The translations under genes and the position numbers were made by a program. Below the pieces are notes generated by a model. The model was not told the DNA's origin and ran no database searches. It saw nothing but the letters and a program-made list of their open reading frames with translations. From Eledone cirrhosa (Eukaryota), in contig OZ024743.1 of NCBI GenBank assembly GCA_964016885.1, positions 284,952,001-285,016,000 of the forward strand: DNA of 64,000 nt, given 5' to 3'. Below are positions 11,641 through 24,960 of the stretch, piece after piece. Every line of letters starts with the position of its first letter. Position 1 is the stretch's first letter.

Positions 11641-11939
11641 AACTGCATGTACACATACAGATACAAAACATACATATAACTCAAAATATACACATCCACA
11701 CATACAATAACATCCATACCTGCACATACATGCATACTTACATATTTACCAAGTTGATGTTGACTAAATTCCAATGAAAGAGTCTTATGTCTATGTTAGA
11801 AACCCACTCTCTCTCTCTATTGGTAAAAGTTTATAAAATTATGAAACCAGAAGAACATACATACATATATGCATATGTACATACATCATCATTTAACATT
11901 CATTTTCCCTGCTAGCAAGGCTTAGACTTATACACACAC

Positions 11940-12530
11940 ATATCATCATCATCATCACTATTATCATCCTTTTTACATCCATTTTTCCATGCATGCATAG
12001 ATTGGATGGGCTTAGCGCAGCTTCTCCCCACTCATTGTATTCTTTCATCTCCTCTATGAGGTTCATCTTTTTGAGATCCACTTTCACCATCTCTGCCCAA
12101 GTCTTCCTTAATCTTCCTCTACTGCAATTTCCTTCCATTGAGCATTCGTGGTACTTCTTCACCCAATGATCATCATCTATATGCATCACATGGCCATACC
12201 AGTACAGTCTTCTCTCTTGTGCACTATATTGGACTCCTCTTATAATCAGTTTCTCTCACAGCTCATCTATGCTTTGCTGTTTATGCATATTACCATCACA
12301 TCTCTATCAAAGCATTCTTGCTTCATATCTCCTCAGAGTTTGCATATCCTCTGTATTTACTGGCCATGCACATCATACAGCTGTCCTTTCATTGAGAAAA
12401 ACCTTTTGTTGTCAACAGAAGTAGTAGCTCCCTGAACTTTTTCTGTTCTGTTTTTATTCAAGCTCATGCTCTTAGAGCACCCCCTCCATTGATAACTAGG
12501 TCACTTAGGTAGCAGAAGCTAAGGAAAGTC
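11940..12530 (-). pseudogene. Decayed 5'-truncated RTE (family C-related)
   Basis: Remnant SFCYL..., MEGNCSRGRLRKTWAEMVKVDL, terminal hairpin and (TGA)n tail. Confidence 0.8.
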
Positions 12531-14956
12531 TACTTTTTCTGTTAGTCTGTCTTCAATCCCACAATACCTATCATGTACTCAGGTTTTACATTGTGTATAT
12601 TGTATAGTGTTCCTACTCCTTGTCTATATATTGAGCACAACCATGTTTCTGAGGGGACCAGAGCCCTGTTTTCTTTCCTAAAACACAGATATATACACAT
12701 GTAAGCAAACATATATATATATATAGAGAAAGAGAGAGATGTGAGGAGGGGTATGAGTAGAATATACTGCACATTGGTAATATTCTTCATATGTGGTAAC
12801 AATTATTACCATGCTTGTTAATCCTTGCTTTCTTTTAGCCAACAAGACTCAGGTCATGCAGGAGTTTTATATTTGTGAAATGCCAATTTATTTTGCACAG
12901 TAAATAAATTTTCATTAAATTTCATGAAATGGTCAAAGCACACTTTTTTAATTAACTTATATAATCGATTTTTTTTTTTTTTTTTTGTTGATGAAAATTT
13001 ACTGTTTATTGAGAACTTTTTTAATTATTTAAGAATAGCAACACTTTATAGAATTTCTTTTTCTTTTATTGCTTAATATTAATGGATTCTTGTCAAAATG
13101 GATACAATAATGAAATTAACAACACTTGAATTGTTCATGCCTCACTGCAGTTATTTTTCTTTTAACTAAACATTCTACATTAGACTTAATTCAACTTTCC
13201 TATTTTTGTCTAGCATTCTCTCCTGAGGCAAAATACTTTTTCATATACAGATGTGTTGTATTTAAGCTGTTGTTTTATGAACTACTTTGCTAACGAAAGG
13301 ATTGACTGTTTTTGATATTCAAAATTACTAAATGGATAATACAAAATACCTTTTGATATTTGTTTTCGTTTCTTATATTCTATGTTCAGATCCCTTTGTG
13401 GTCTACTTGGGTAGTAGACTAAATCTACTGCTTAGTTTAACACTTCCATCTGACTTTTTGTGAGTGTTCAGGCCAGGTTTTCAGTTTGAGGATACTTTCC
13501 TCCCTTTCTGACTCACTGGTTAAAAAAAAAATGTAATTATTGATAGAAATCTCATTAGAATAATTCTTTTAACTAGTGTGATACAATTGAAATTGAAAAT
13601 CAAACTCATTACTGAACCTATAATATATGTTGCTTTCTGAATCAAGAGTCAATCGGACTGGTGTTTATCTTTCTGTGGTATTAAGAAAATGAAAGCTAAA
13701 TCTTCCCCAGAACAGAAAACTGACCTATAATTGGTAGTTTTTCCCTCTTAAGGGAATTTAATTCTTCCTCTCAACCCAATAAAATACTCAGCTTTTATAC
13801 TCAGAATTATACTACCCAATATAGCCTACTCTCAGATAGGTGAATTTGTCTATTGAGAGTAAGGTCTTTTAATAAAAGAAAAATGCAATAGCAGTCAATG
13901 ACAAGGTATAATTCGCCACTCTTTCAGCTAGTTAACTGATATATAATCATTGTCCTTTATTCAAACTATATCAATTTAACAACTAAACGTGTTGTGTATG
14001 GGCAGTAGATAGTCAAGTTATATTGAATGAATAGAAGTAAACATACACACACGCGTATACCAGGTCCGAATACAAAGAAGCCAAACTCCCACTGTCATCA
14101 CCTCCATCTCTCTCACCCTCCCCATCTCTTATTATTATGAACAAATGGGGTCCCTCATGCTGGCTGCTCCGGTGGATTGTGAATTTGTCTGCCAATGCTC
14201 TCTAAATGGCAGTACACTAGTCATTATTTAACCCTTTCTTACAAAGCCACCTTAAACTGCCCTGGATTTATCATACAAAACTGCCCATTTTAAAATGCTT
14301 ATCCCTATATTAAATTCTCCCATTACAATTATATTTTTAAGAAAATTTTGTTAAGTAAAGATCTAAATATCAGCTTATTAATGAAAATACTAATTATTTT
14401 ATTGAATTCCTCCAAATATTTGATTTTTTTCAAAATTAATTAAAACATATAGGTATGTATATTGAAACATAGAAATATTCTAATGAAAAGATTAGAAACC
14501 AAATCATAAACATTGATTTAAATACCAATATAAGTGTGTGGTGGTGCTAGAGTTATTAGGGTACTTGTGAGTGAGGTCATTGTTTTATATCTAGCCAGCA
14601 GCATTGTAATATGTCATTGGCCAAGGCAGGTTGGTATTATACAGTTCATGGAACTACAAGTGGGTGGTGTAAGATGATATAATTCACTGCTGTAGGCAGT
14701 GACAGCAGTGTAAAATTGATAGGAAATTTTGTTAACTTACAGGAATGATTGTAATATCAGGTAAAGTGGACCGTTGTGTGTGAAGTATCTTAGCTAGAAA
14801 TACTGTATAGACCAGTGGCAGGACATGAATTGTCCAATACATTTACTCAGCCAGCTGTGACTCTCTCTTTCTCTCTCACTCTCCCCTTTCTCTCTCACTC
14901 TCCCCCCCCTCCCCCCTCTCTCTCTCTTTCTCTTTCTCTGTATAAAAATGTGTGTG

Positions 14957-15301
14957 TCATCATCATTCATCATCATTTCATTTTACGTCCACTTTTTCCC
15001 TGCTTGCAAGGGTGGGACGGGAACTGATTCTGGCTTGATTTCTACAGCTGGATGCCCTTCCTAACACCAACCTCATTTACAGTGAGTGCTGGGTGCTTTT
15101 TTGCTGTGGCACCTCCACGACCACTTTGCAGTGGAATGATAGGGACCCCAGTCCTTATCATCTTATTTCTACAGCTGAGTAAACTGGAGCAATGTGAAAT
15201 AAAGTGTCTTGCTCAAGGAAACAACACATCACCCGGTTTGAGAATTGAACTCACAACCTTTCGATTGCAAGGCCAATGCTCTAACCACTAGGCCATGTGC
15301 C

Positions 15302-15303
<2 letters not shown>
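14957..15303 (-). mobile_element. Full-length tRNA-derived SINE family A with RTE-type tail
   Basis: Minus strand: A box tggcctagtgg, B box gttcaattc, CORE/V-like ccttgagcaagacact body, tail ending gcagggaaaaagtggacgtaaaatga..(tga)n. Confidence 0.92.
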
Positions 15304-15381
<78 letters not shown>

Positions 15382-15411
15382 CACAAACACACACACACAC
15401 ATACTTATACA

Positions 15412-16586
15412 CTAGCAGTGTATCCTGGCGTTGCACGGATAAGAACATTGGTAATAGCACCTCCAATGAGAAACGTTTATTTGTGAGTGCCTGTTAAAAA
15501 CTCACAAAAATAACTGACAGGAAACTTGTTTTATTTGGAGAAAATTAAGAAGTTGAAAGTATAGTTTAGCTGTCTACGTGGATTGTTCATAGAAATATTG
15601 TTGAGCCCCTTCTTTTCATACTCCTCTGTTTTAGCCTATTGGAGTAAATGTAAAAGAGAAAGTCACGGGTTAAGTTGGGAGAAGGTTCCAGTGTCATAGC
15701 AGTAAGGCGTAGGCTACTTACCTCAAAAGTTCATTTGCACTCTTGTCACTAAGTTACTCTTTCTCTCTATCCCTCTCAGTGTAGTCCCTTGTGAATTTCT
15801 CGTGTAGGCCTGGTGTAGATTTGCACGCGATCCATCTGCCCGATGCACATGTCCACTTTGTATGGCTTTTGGAGGAAGGAGTGACCAGCAGTACGTTGTT
15901 CGGTATTATTACGAAAAGGTGTAGCAGAGAATCCCGCGTGAACTAACAGCTCGGGAAGAAACTGCTTACCTCAAAGATTCATTCGCCATCGTTCTTGTCA
16001 ATGCTCCGTTTAGTTGGTATTTGTTGGTCTACAGTTAGATGAATGACGCACATTGGGTTAATGTTTATTGGCAAGAAGTGGCAACTGGGCTGGCTTGCCT
16101 CGCTTATATTATATATTAAAATAACAGATTAAAGTTTAAGCAAAGAATCGCTGCTTTTACCCTTAACGGGATCTTTTGAAACTAATAAAATCAATCTGTG
16201 AACGCAGAAGTAAATATTTCGAAAAACGTTGCAACCGAAGGAAAACAGGAAGACTTAACTTTGGTTTGTGAAGACGTTCCCTGGCAATGAACAGAAAATA
16301 GTGAACATAATACGTCATCAATGTTTGTCATAATGCTGTAATGTAGACAGCCAGAGATACAGACAGATATTATAAGAGCGCGACAGAGATCGATAACCGG
16401 CGCCTAACACCCCTTTAACAACAGAAAATTGCAAAATAAAAGCTGCAGTTAATATCTTTAGACCACAAGGAATATATAAATGCAAGTTTGAAGTCAATCA
16501 GAGTAGAAATGTGGATTTGTATAGACTTTGCAAAAATGAGGACACACACACATACACACAACTGCAGTTTTATATATATGTATAGA
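15412..16586 (-). mobile_element. Non-autonomous Helitron-like element (about 1.17 kb)
   Basis: Minus strand begins A|TCtatacatatatataaaactgcag and ends with hairpin atccgtgcaacgccaggat then CTAG|T. This is an A/T target with no TSD. Internal 16123-16199 recurs at 54304-54380. Confidence 0.75.
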
Positions 16587-16981
16587 TATTAAGTAAAATG
16601 ACAGGAGGCCGGACTGGTGAAATTCCTTCAAAGATATATTTCTGCAAACACTATGTACATTTCAGTGGCCAGGTTACATAGGATCCTGGTGACATCATCA
16701 GGTATATATTGCATATCATCATCATTGTTTAATGTCCATCTTCCACACTAGCATGGATTAGATGGTAAACACAGTCCAAGAGGTTATAAGGAGAGATATC
16801 AAAGAAAAAGAATGTTTTTGACTCAAAGGCAATCTAGTGGGCCAGTTGTTGACAGTTTGGCTGATTGCTTTCAAGTTGCACAACATTGAGTACTTTTCCT
16901 ACTATTACATCATGGTTAACTATACGGAATGACTAGTTCTATCCAGCGGTGAATCACCAAACTTAAATGAATATATATATA

Positions 16982-17054
<73 letters not shown>

Positions 17055-17144
17055 TGAGATTATAAGTATTTTCTGCCCAACACTTAAGCTTGAATAAGTT
17101 GAATAATGGTCTTACTGATCTCACCTATATATATACAGTATATA

Positions 17145-18155
17145 TAAACCTGGAAGCATGGCCTAGAATCAAAAGGTCTTAAAATTAACTTGACAAAGAC
17201 TAAAGTTCTATTATGTAGAAAGAAAAACAGGGCCCAGATTCCCTCAGGGAAATGGTATTGGTCAGTGTGCAGAAAAGGAATAGGTAGAAATTCCATCCTA
17301 TGTCCCAAATGCAAACTGGGTACACAAGAGATGTTCAGAGGGCTCTATAGAAGTAGTAGATAGTTTCTGTTACCTGGGGGACTAATTTAGCAGTGGAGGA
17401 AAGTGTTCTGAAAGCCCAGTGGCCAGAGTGAGAACAAGATGGAAAAAGTTCAGGGAGCTACTACCACTGTTAACTGCAAAAGGTTTTTCCCTCAAAATGA
17501 AGGACAGATTGTATGATGCATGTATATAAAAAGCAATGTTGCATGGTCCTAAGCGCTGTGTGCAGAGGATCTGTAAAGATTGGAAAGAAATGAAGCTTCC
17601 ATGCATCAATGGATGTGTAATAGTACTGTATATGAATGACAAAACATAAATGAACTGAGTGAGAAACTGGGCATAAGAAGGATCAGATGCAGTGTGCAGG
17701 AGAAGAGATTGAATTGGTGTGGACATGTGATGCATATGAAGGATGATGTGTTTAAAAAGGTGCAGAGTGTTCAAAGTTGAAGGAGACTATGGAGTAGGAA
17801 GACTTAGGAAAGCTTGGAATGAGGTGATAAAAGTTGACCTTGCACAATTAAACCTCTCAAAGGAGATGGCACAGGAATATGATCTCTAGCATTATGCAGT
17901 AATACAGAAGACCCACCTCCATAGGTGCATGGGTTGAAGCATACATCTAGTATGCACCACCTGCCCTTCCATCCTCCACTTCCATACACTTCCCACACAC
18001 CATACACCTTTTTATACAGCTGTCATCATTCATAAGCATCACATGTCCATACCAACGCAATCTCCTCTCCTGCACACTGCATCTGATCCCTCTTTTGCCT
18101 AGTTCTCTCTCAGTTCATTTATGTTTTGCTGTTCACGTATATTACTATTACACAA
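17145..18155 (+). pseudogene. Decayed RTE 3' third (plus) followed by an inverted RTE piece (about 18005-18155, minus)
   Basis: TWKHGLESKGLKINLTKTKVL..GKW..VCRKGIGRNSILCPKC with many stops; 18005-18155 is antisense to about 17615-17762. Confidence 0.8.
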
Positions 18156-18157
18156 TA

Positions 18158-18500
18158 TCATCATCATCATCATCATCATTTTACGTCCACTTTTCCCTGC
18201 TAGCAAGGGTGGGACGGGAACTGATTCTGGCTTGATTTCTACAGCTGGGTGCCCTTCCTAACACCAACCTCATTTACAGTGAGTGCTGGGTGCTTTTTTG
18301 CCATAGCACCTCCACGACCACTTTGCAGTGGAATGATAGGGACCCCAGTCCCTATCATCTCATTTCTACAGCTGAGTAAACTGGAGCAATGTGAAATAAA
18401 GTGTCTTGCTCAAGGAAACAACACATCACCCGGTCTGAGAATTGAACTCACAACCTTTCAATTGCAAGGCCAATGCTCTAACCACTAAGCCATATGCCTC
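18158..18500 (-). mobile_element. Full-length SINE family A
   Basis: Near-identical to 14957-15303. Confidence 0.92.
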
Positions 18501-18526
18501 TATAATATATGTATTTACTTATATAT

Positions 18527-18621
<95 letters not shown>

Positions 18622-18623
<2 letters not shown>

Positions 18624-18816
18624 GGTAGAACAGCGGAGGGTAATATCCGTAGTTGTATAGCACTCAGTCGTCCATAGGATGAGTTTGGTAGAAGTAGTAA
18701 CACAACAGTTAGGTTCACCGAACCAGGAACAAATCTTTCACCTTGTGGGTCCGAGCTGAAGATTCGCAAGGTGAAACGTTTGTTCTCGGTATGGTAAACT
18801 AACTGTTGTGTTACTA

Positions 18817-18820
<4 letters not shown>
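18622..18820. mobile_element. Penelope-like pLTR fold-back remnant
   Basis: Imperfect inverted arms 18692-18748 / 18763-18819, hammerhead-like motif, microsatellite flanks; homologous to 44780-44932. Confidence 0.6.
18751..18789 (+). ncRNA. Minimal type I hammerhead ribozyme-like motif
   Basis: ccgag-CUGAAGA-uucgcaaggu-GAAAC-guuu-GUU-cucgg: perfect 5-bp stem I, canonical core, weak stem II. Confidence 0.6.
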
Positions 18821-18849
<29 letters not shown>

Positions 18850-18854
<5 letters not shown>

Positions 18855-19240
18855 TGCACATCTCAAAGGCAATGACACAGGGCTGAGATCTCTGGTGTTA
18901 TGCAGTAATATAGAAGACTCACCTTCCCATGTGCACGGGTTGGAGCATACATTCATTATGCACCATTTACCCAACATCCCCCTTCCATACACCTCACACA
19001 TCCTAACACCCCTCCTCAATCATGTCCCTAGATATAACTCCCCCACTCAAGCACCCAGTACTCACTGTAAATGTGGTTGGTGTTAGGAAGGGCATCCAGC
19101 CGTAGAAGCCAGACCAAAATCAGTTCTGTATGAGCAAGACACAGTCATCTGATCTGGCTTGTCTCACAATGGGACAACTCATCTAACACGTGGAAAAATG
19201 GACATTAAATGGTGATAATGATGATGATGATGATGACGAT
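18850..19240 (+). mobile_element. Decayed RTE 3' end and 3' UTR
   Basis: ORF-end remnant, ggttggtgttaggaagggcatccagccgtagaa module, (TGA)n tail. Confidence 0.7.
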
Positions 19241-19410
19241 ATACATATGTATATATATATGTGTGTGTGTGTTAAAACATATCTGAGGAACTTCCGATTC
19301 CAGAGTCAGGCTCAATCATTAATAGATCATTCCTCAAGCTGATCGACAGTGAAACACATGTAATATGTAATAAAATATGTATATGATACAACACTGATTC
19401 TTTGTTCCCT

Positions 19411-21260
19411 TCATCATCATCATCATCATCATCATTTTACGTCCGCTTTTCCCTGCTTGCAAGGGTGGGACGGGTCTTATTCAGCACAGCATCTCTCCAC
19501 TCGTCACGGTCCTTCGTCATCTCCACTGTGAGCTTCAACGATCTGGGGTCTGTTCTCACCACCTCCGCCCATGTTTTTCGTGGTCTACCTCTACCACGTC
19601 TTCCTTCAACTGGCATTTCCTGGCACTTCTTCACCCATCGGTCATCCTCCATGCGCATCACATGTCCATACCACCTCAGTCTCCTCTCCCATACACTACA
19701 TTCTATCCCTCTCAGACACAGTTTCTCTCTCAACACATTTATGCTGGGTCATTCACGCACATTTACACTGCACATCCAACGGCGCATGCTTGCCTCATTT
19801 CTCTCCAGCCGTTGCATATCCTCTCCAGTTGCTGCCCATGTCTCACTACCATGCAGCATCGCGCTCCTCACACAGGCATCATACAACCGGCCTTTCGTAT
19901 GCAGGGAGAAACCCTTCTTTGTCAACAGAGGAAGCAGCTCCCTAAACTTCTTCCAACCCGTCCTTATTCTAGATACTATGGCCTCGGAACACCCTCCTCC
20001 CATGCTAATCTGATCTCCTAGGTACCGGAAGCTATCCACAACTTCTATAGCGCCCTCCTGCATTTGAAAATGTGTCTATCAGTGCGACTTCTACTGTCTA
20101 ATTTCCCTGTACATCTACTGCATACATATTTCTCCCTACCTGTTAGTTTGCCTGCTATCCTGCTACATCTCTTGTGTACCCAGGATCTGCATTGTGTGCA
20201 TTTTATATAATTTATGCCAGTTCCTTTTCTGCATATCGAACATGGCCATTTCCCTGACAGAATCAGAGTTTTGTCCTCTTTTCTACTCATCAACACTTTT
20301 GTCTTAGCTAGGTTCACTCTCAGTCCTCTTGCTTCCAACTGCTGTTTCCATAGCCAGAATTTATTCTCTAGCTCCTCTACTGATTCTGCTATAAGAACCA
20401 GATCGTCAGCATAGAGAAGTTCCCATGGACAGCCAGTCTTAAACTCCTCTGTTATGGCTTGGAGGACCATAATGAACAAGAGTGGGCTGAGGACCGAACC
20501 TTGATGTACTCCTACTTGTATCTGGAATTCCTCACTAAACTCCATTCCTACCCTGACTTTACTGAGAGTACTTCTGTACAAAGTTTGCACTGTCCTCACA
20601 AGCCATTCCTCAACACCTAGCTTCCTTAGGGACCACCAGATGACAGATCAGGGTACCCTATCAAAGGCCTTCTCTAGGTCAACAAAGGCTAAGTATAGTG
20701 GCTTATTTTTCTCTAAGAACCTCTCTTGCAATTGTTTCACCAAGAAGAGGGCATCTGTTGTACTCTTCCCAGGCACAAAACCAAACTGAATCTCATCTAG
20801 TTTGACCCTTTCTCTAATTAGTTGTGCTAAAATCCTTTCTGCCACTTTCATAACCTGATCTATCAGTTTTATACCCCTATAATTGCTCCTCTTCAGAGCA
20901 TCCTCTATACCTTTGTAGCAATTTATGAGAATACTGCTGCACCAGTCTTTGGGTATGACACCACCATATATAGCCTGATTGATGATGCGTGCAACCAGTT
21001 TAGTGCCTACGTCCCCTGATGCCTTCAGCATCTCAGCAACTATTCCCGATGGTCCAGCAGCGTTACCATTTTTCATTTCCCTAATCGCCTCTTGGACCCT
21101 ATATTAGTCAATCTTAATAGCTGGTCCCTCTGTCGGATCTACTAAGGGTAATTTCTCTCTCTCCCATTTGTTCTCCACATTCATCAGTCTCTCATAATGA
21201 CATTTCCAGGCCTCCTTTTTCTGATCATTCGTGACACTAAGTACACCGGCATGATCCCGG

Positions 21261-21268
<8 letters not shown>
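19411..21268 (-). pseudogene. 5'-truncated RTE family C copy with frameshifts and stops
   Basis: Collinear ORF pieces 20648-21076, 20045-20599, 19749-20063 and 19437-19736 cover RT, the PHD-like finger and the C-terminus; the stop codon directly abuts the (TGA)n tail. Confidence 0.93.
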
Positions 21269-21293
<25 letters not shown>

Positions 21294-21301
21294 GTATATT
21301 A

Positions 21302-21333
<32 letters not shown>

Positions 21334-22109
21334 AACATAATAAATTAAGATGACAGAATGAAGTTCTTACATAGTTTAATTCTTATAATTGTTTCAGCGA
21401 ACTGATGATGTATAATATATGCTCATTCAAGCTGAACATCTAGCTTCTCTCAATTCAAAGGGTGATTTGCGATTTTAAGAGCTACATCACACATGGGATA
21501 TATGGCTCTCATGGGATAGTCTAGGAAAACTAGAGGAGTAAGCCTCGATAAAAATCCTGCTTGTCTCATAAGTAAGCAATTAGTTCACATGACAATCATC
21601 AGTTAAATTAGATGACCTTAGTGTCATGTACACCAGAGGCTTCACGGATGATTGACTAATATTTCAACAATGGGTTGGCACAACTGCTCCAGTTAGCAGA
21701 GAAATCTATCAGCATGCAGGAGAGCTGCATATATTCTAGCCAGTAGAAAAAAGCAAAATGGAGATGCTTCCCCTTCAATAGAGGGATAACTAAAATAAAA
21801 AGGTGTGTTTAAAAAAGTTTCTATTTCCTCAGAAAATTAAACATCATATATATATATATATATGATGGCTGCAACTCGATTTCAAATAATGCTATCATTT
21901 GATACTTGAGTATGGATGTGGCTTTTTAATCCTGCTAGGAAAAAAATGTCACATATCAAGTGATGCCTGTACTTGAAGCTTTTTTAAGTGAGGAAAGGCT
22001 TTGCACAAAGCCAAACCCACTCTCAGAATATTGAATGCATTTCCCAAAAAGTGGAACTGGTCTACATCATTGGATGCAAATGAAGTTGCATATATATATA
22101 TGTGTGTGT

Positions 22110-22150
<41 letters not shown>

Positions 22151-22242
22151 GTGTGTTCTGGGTTTGTAGTGGAAATTTCTCCTCACTCATGTGGAAATAC
22201 AAAAAGAGAGAGTTGGAAATGAGTTGTAGTGCACCTGAACAC

Positions 22243-22465
22243 TTGGCAGTATCGGTTGAGAGTCAGACGCCATGCTTTGCGCCATAGAGTTACGGCCCTT
22301 TATCTTCTGAGTTCAAATCCCGCCGAGGTTAACTTTGCCTTTCATCCTTACGGGGTCAATAAAATAAAGCACCAGTAATGTACTGGGGTTGAATTAATTG
22401 ACTTTACCCTCCCCCCCAAATTACTGGCCTTGTGCCTATAGTAGAAATCATTATTATTATTATTT
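22243..22465 (+). mobile_element. SINE family M, long-tail variant
   Basis: B box gagttcaaatccc, Meta-like ctttgcctttcatccttacggggtcaataaaataaagcaccag, (ATT)n end. Confidence 0.88.
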
Positions 22466-23857
22466 ATTATAAAAGTAATAGAGTGGAGCATATTTCTCTT
22501 CTCCTTCCCATTTTCTTACTTCAATATCTTCCTCCCACCCCCTTTTTTCTCTTTTACACCCTTCCTCATTTTCTATGTCTCACACACACACACATGCAAA
22601 TCTATTTATAACTGTTTTTTTTTATATCTCATCTCCTCCCTTCTCTCTTACTTTTCTGGTATTGACAACAATAACAAAAACAACAACCCTGTAGACTGGT
22701 TAGTGAGCAACAGTAATGAAATATAGTATTAGATGGGGCAACAAAAATATGGCAGTGGTGGCAGCACATTATGAAGGTTGAGGAAAACTCAGGGATTCAA
22801 GTGTTTTCATGTAGAATGTGGTAATCAAGGAATTATTAGATTAAGCATATCTTTTATTACTATACACTGTCATTTTTTATGTGTATTATGCTAGTGTGTG
22901 TGTATTGACAAAAACCTTTTCAATTCTCATATCTGCAAGTCAAAGCCCTGTTTTTAGGGCTATAGATAAGATTGAAGGGAGCCAACATCTTTTCCAGGTA
23001 TATTCATAGGAGTAAGGGAACTCAGCTCTACAAGCCCAACATTCAACAATTTACTATTTTACTATGCTGATCCACATATTCATAAGTATTGACTATACAC
23101 TATATATATGTGCAATATTTTGACAGAGCACAACAAATTGTTGACACCATATTTGATATCTGGTACTCTGATTGGTATCCCCTACATTATGGAACCTATT
23201 GCCATATGTTCAGTGTTTGTAAAATGGTGAATTTAGCTGACCCTTTCCTGGTTATATTTCTGCACAGTGAACAGGGACCATTTGTAATTTATATCAAGAA
23301 ACCTTTACAGACTGCCACTTTACATCAAAATGACTTTCCTTTCCAATTAGAATTACATTTTACTATAAGGGTGCTATCATGTCTGCAAAACTGCTACTAC
23401 TTACTACCTACTGCTGTTGTTTGGTGGGGAAGGTAGTACCACATATAACACATGACTATTGATGTTGCTGTTTTTCTTGTAAATCCTCAACTATATCTGC
23501 CCTTTAGCAAATCTTATTATTGATTTTTACATAGGCCCAAGGCATCAAATCAATAGAATGTAGGTGTGATGTTGTGATCTTTTTGCAGTTTCCAAAACTG
23601 TAAATGCAAGGATATTGCTTTAATTTAAATTTTCAATGGGGTTGTATATTCAACCTTAATTCTCCCCATTTGTTGTTGAGTTAATGGCCCAGATTTGGTC
23701 AAACCCAATTGCAATACACTTAGATTACTTATGCCATTGGATAAAACAAAATATGGTTTCCCTTTTCCGTCTTCTGAAACTATCAAGCAATTTTGTTCTT
23801 TTTTAATGATTTGATATTTTTCTCTCTTTCATATATCTGCCATTATTTAAAGGTGAG

Positions 23858-24041
23858 GGCGGTGGATTGGCAGTATCAGTAGAGGGTCGGACGCCATGCT
23901 TTCCAGCATAGTTACGTTCCTTAACGATCTGAGTTCAAATCCCGCCGAGGTTGACTTTGCCTTTCATCCTTACGGGGTCGATAAAATAAAGTACCAGTAA
24001 TGCACTGGGTAATTGCTGGCCTTGTGCCTAAAGTAGAAACA
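23858..24041 (+). mobile_element. Full-length SINE family M with 16-bp TSD
   Basis: TSD attatttaaaggtgag at 23842-23857 and 24042-24057; tRNA-like head; Meta-like core. Confidence 0.93.
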
Positions 24042-24679
24042 ATTATTTAAAGGTGAGTGTATTATCACAGTCGATAACTTCAATGAAAAGCTAGTGAAAA
24101 TAGTTTTCACAAACACTGCTATGCCTTTGATGTAATTTATCATATATTGGGGCCATAGAGTTGTTTTGATAGACCAAGAATTGAGTTATTCTACTTGGGT
24201 GGACCAAGCAGTTGCTTTAAATTAATGTGCTAAAAATGACTCTATACTGATGCACCAAGAGACACTAAAATGTTTTTGTTTTTTTTAATGCATTATAAAA
24301 TTACCTCCCTAAAGAGTTATTCTGTGTTGATCATGCCAAAGAATGACAAGACTGTACATTTTTCTATATTTATGCATTATGCATTAAGGGTTCTGATACG
24401 AGACTATATATTTTCCTATATATGCATTAAGGGTTTTGATCAACATTTGGGCTCCATCATACTTATTGACCCAGAAACAATTTTATATCAGATGTTCTAA
24501 CAATTCTGCTAATTTGCTGCCTTCGTGAAACTTTATTGATCCAACATATGGAAAGTAGGGTCAATATCTAAAAGGAAATCTGACATAAAAATCACACACT
24601 CAGAAAAGTAATGCTATTCAAAACAAGTGTAACCACCTGTTAAAGAAACCTTCACTATCACCACTTACCCACTGCATAG

Positions 24680-24960
24680 CTGTGTCTTATCTTTACCTTT
24701 TTTACTGTTACTGCTATGGTCTTTACTTCTGTAAATGTTATGATTATATAAGATCTTCAACTAAACCTACTTGCTTCATCTGTCTCTCCTCATTTTCTCA
24801 CTTCTACTCTATCTCTACTTCAAGATGCAGCACTAGGAATTTTACTCAGTCCTACTTCTCTAAATTACATTCCCCTGAAACTCCTTCCTTATACACTAAT
24901 CAGGGACTACCTACAAAGGCTGTGGGTTCTGCCCTTCCTCCTCAGACTAAATTATTTTAA
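24680..24960 (+). pseudogene. Highly decayed CR1/L2-group LINE 3' end
   Basis: LFYCYCYG..C....SSHFYSI...STRNFTQSYF resembles the L2/Crack-type C-terminus; possible relative on minus at about 26180-26400. Confidence 0.35.

Noticed and set aside
14730-14767. Possible micro-exon (ttacag...cag|gtaaag) as Dcp1 exon 2
   Set aside because: Only 18 nt and no similarity to the expected EKTDIEGTLF peptide.
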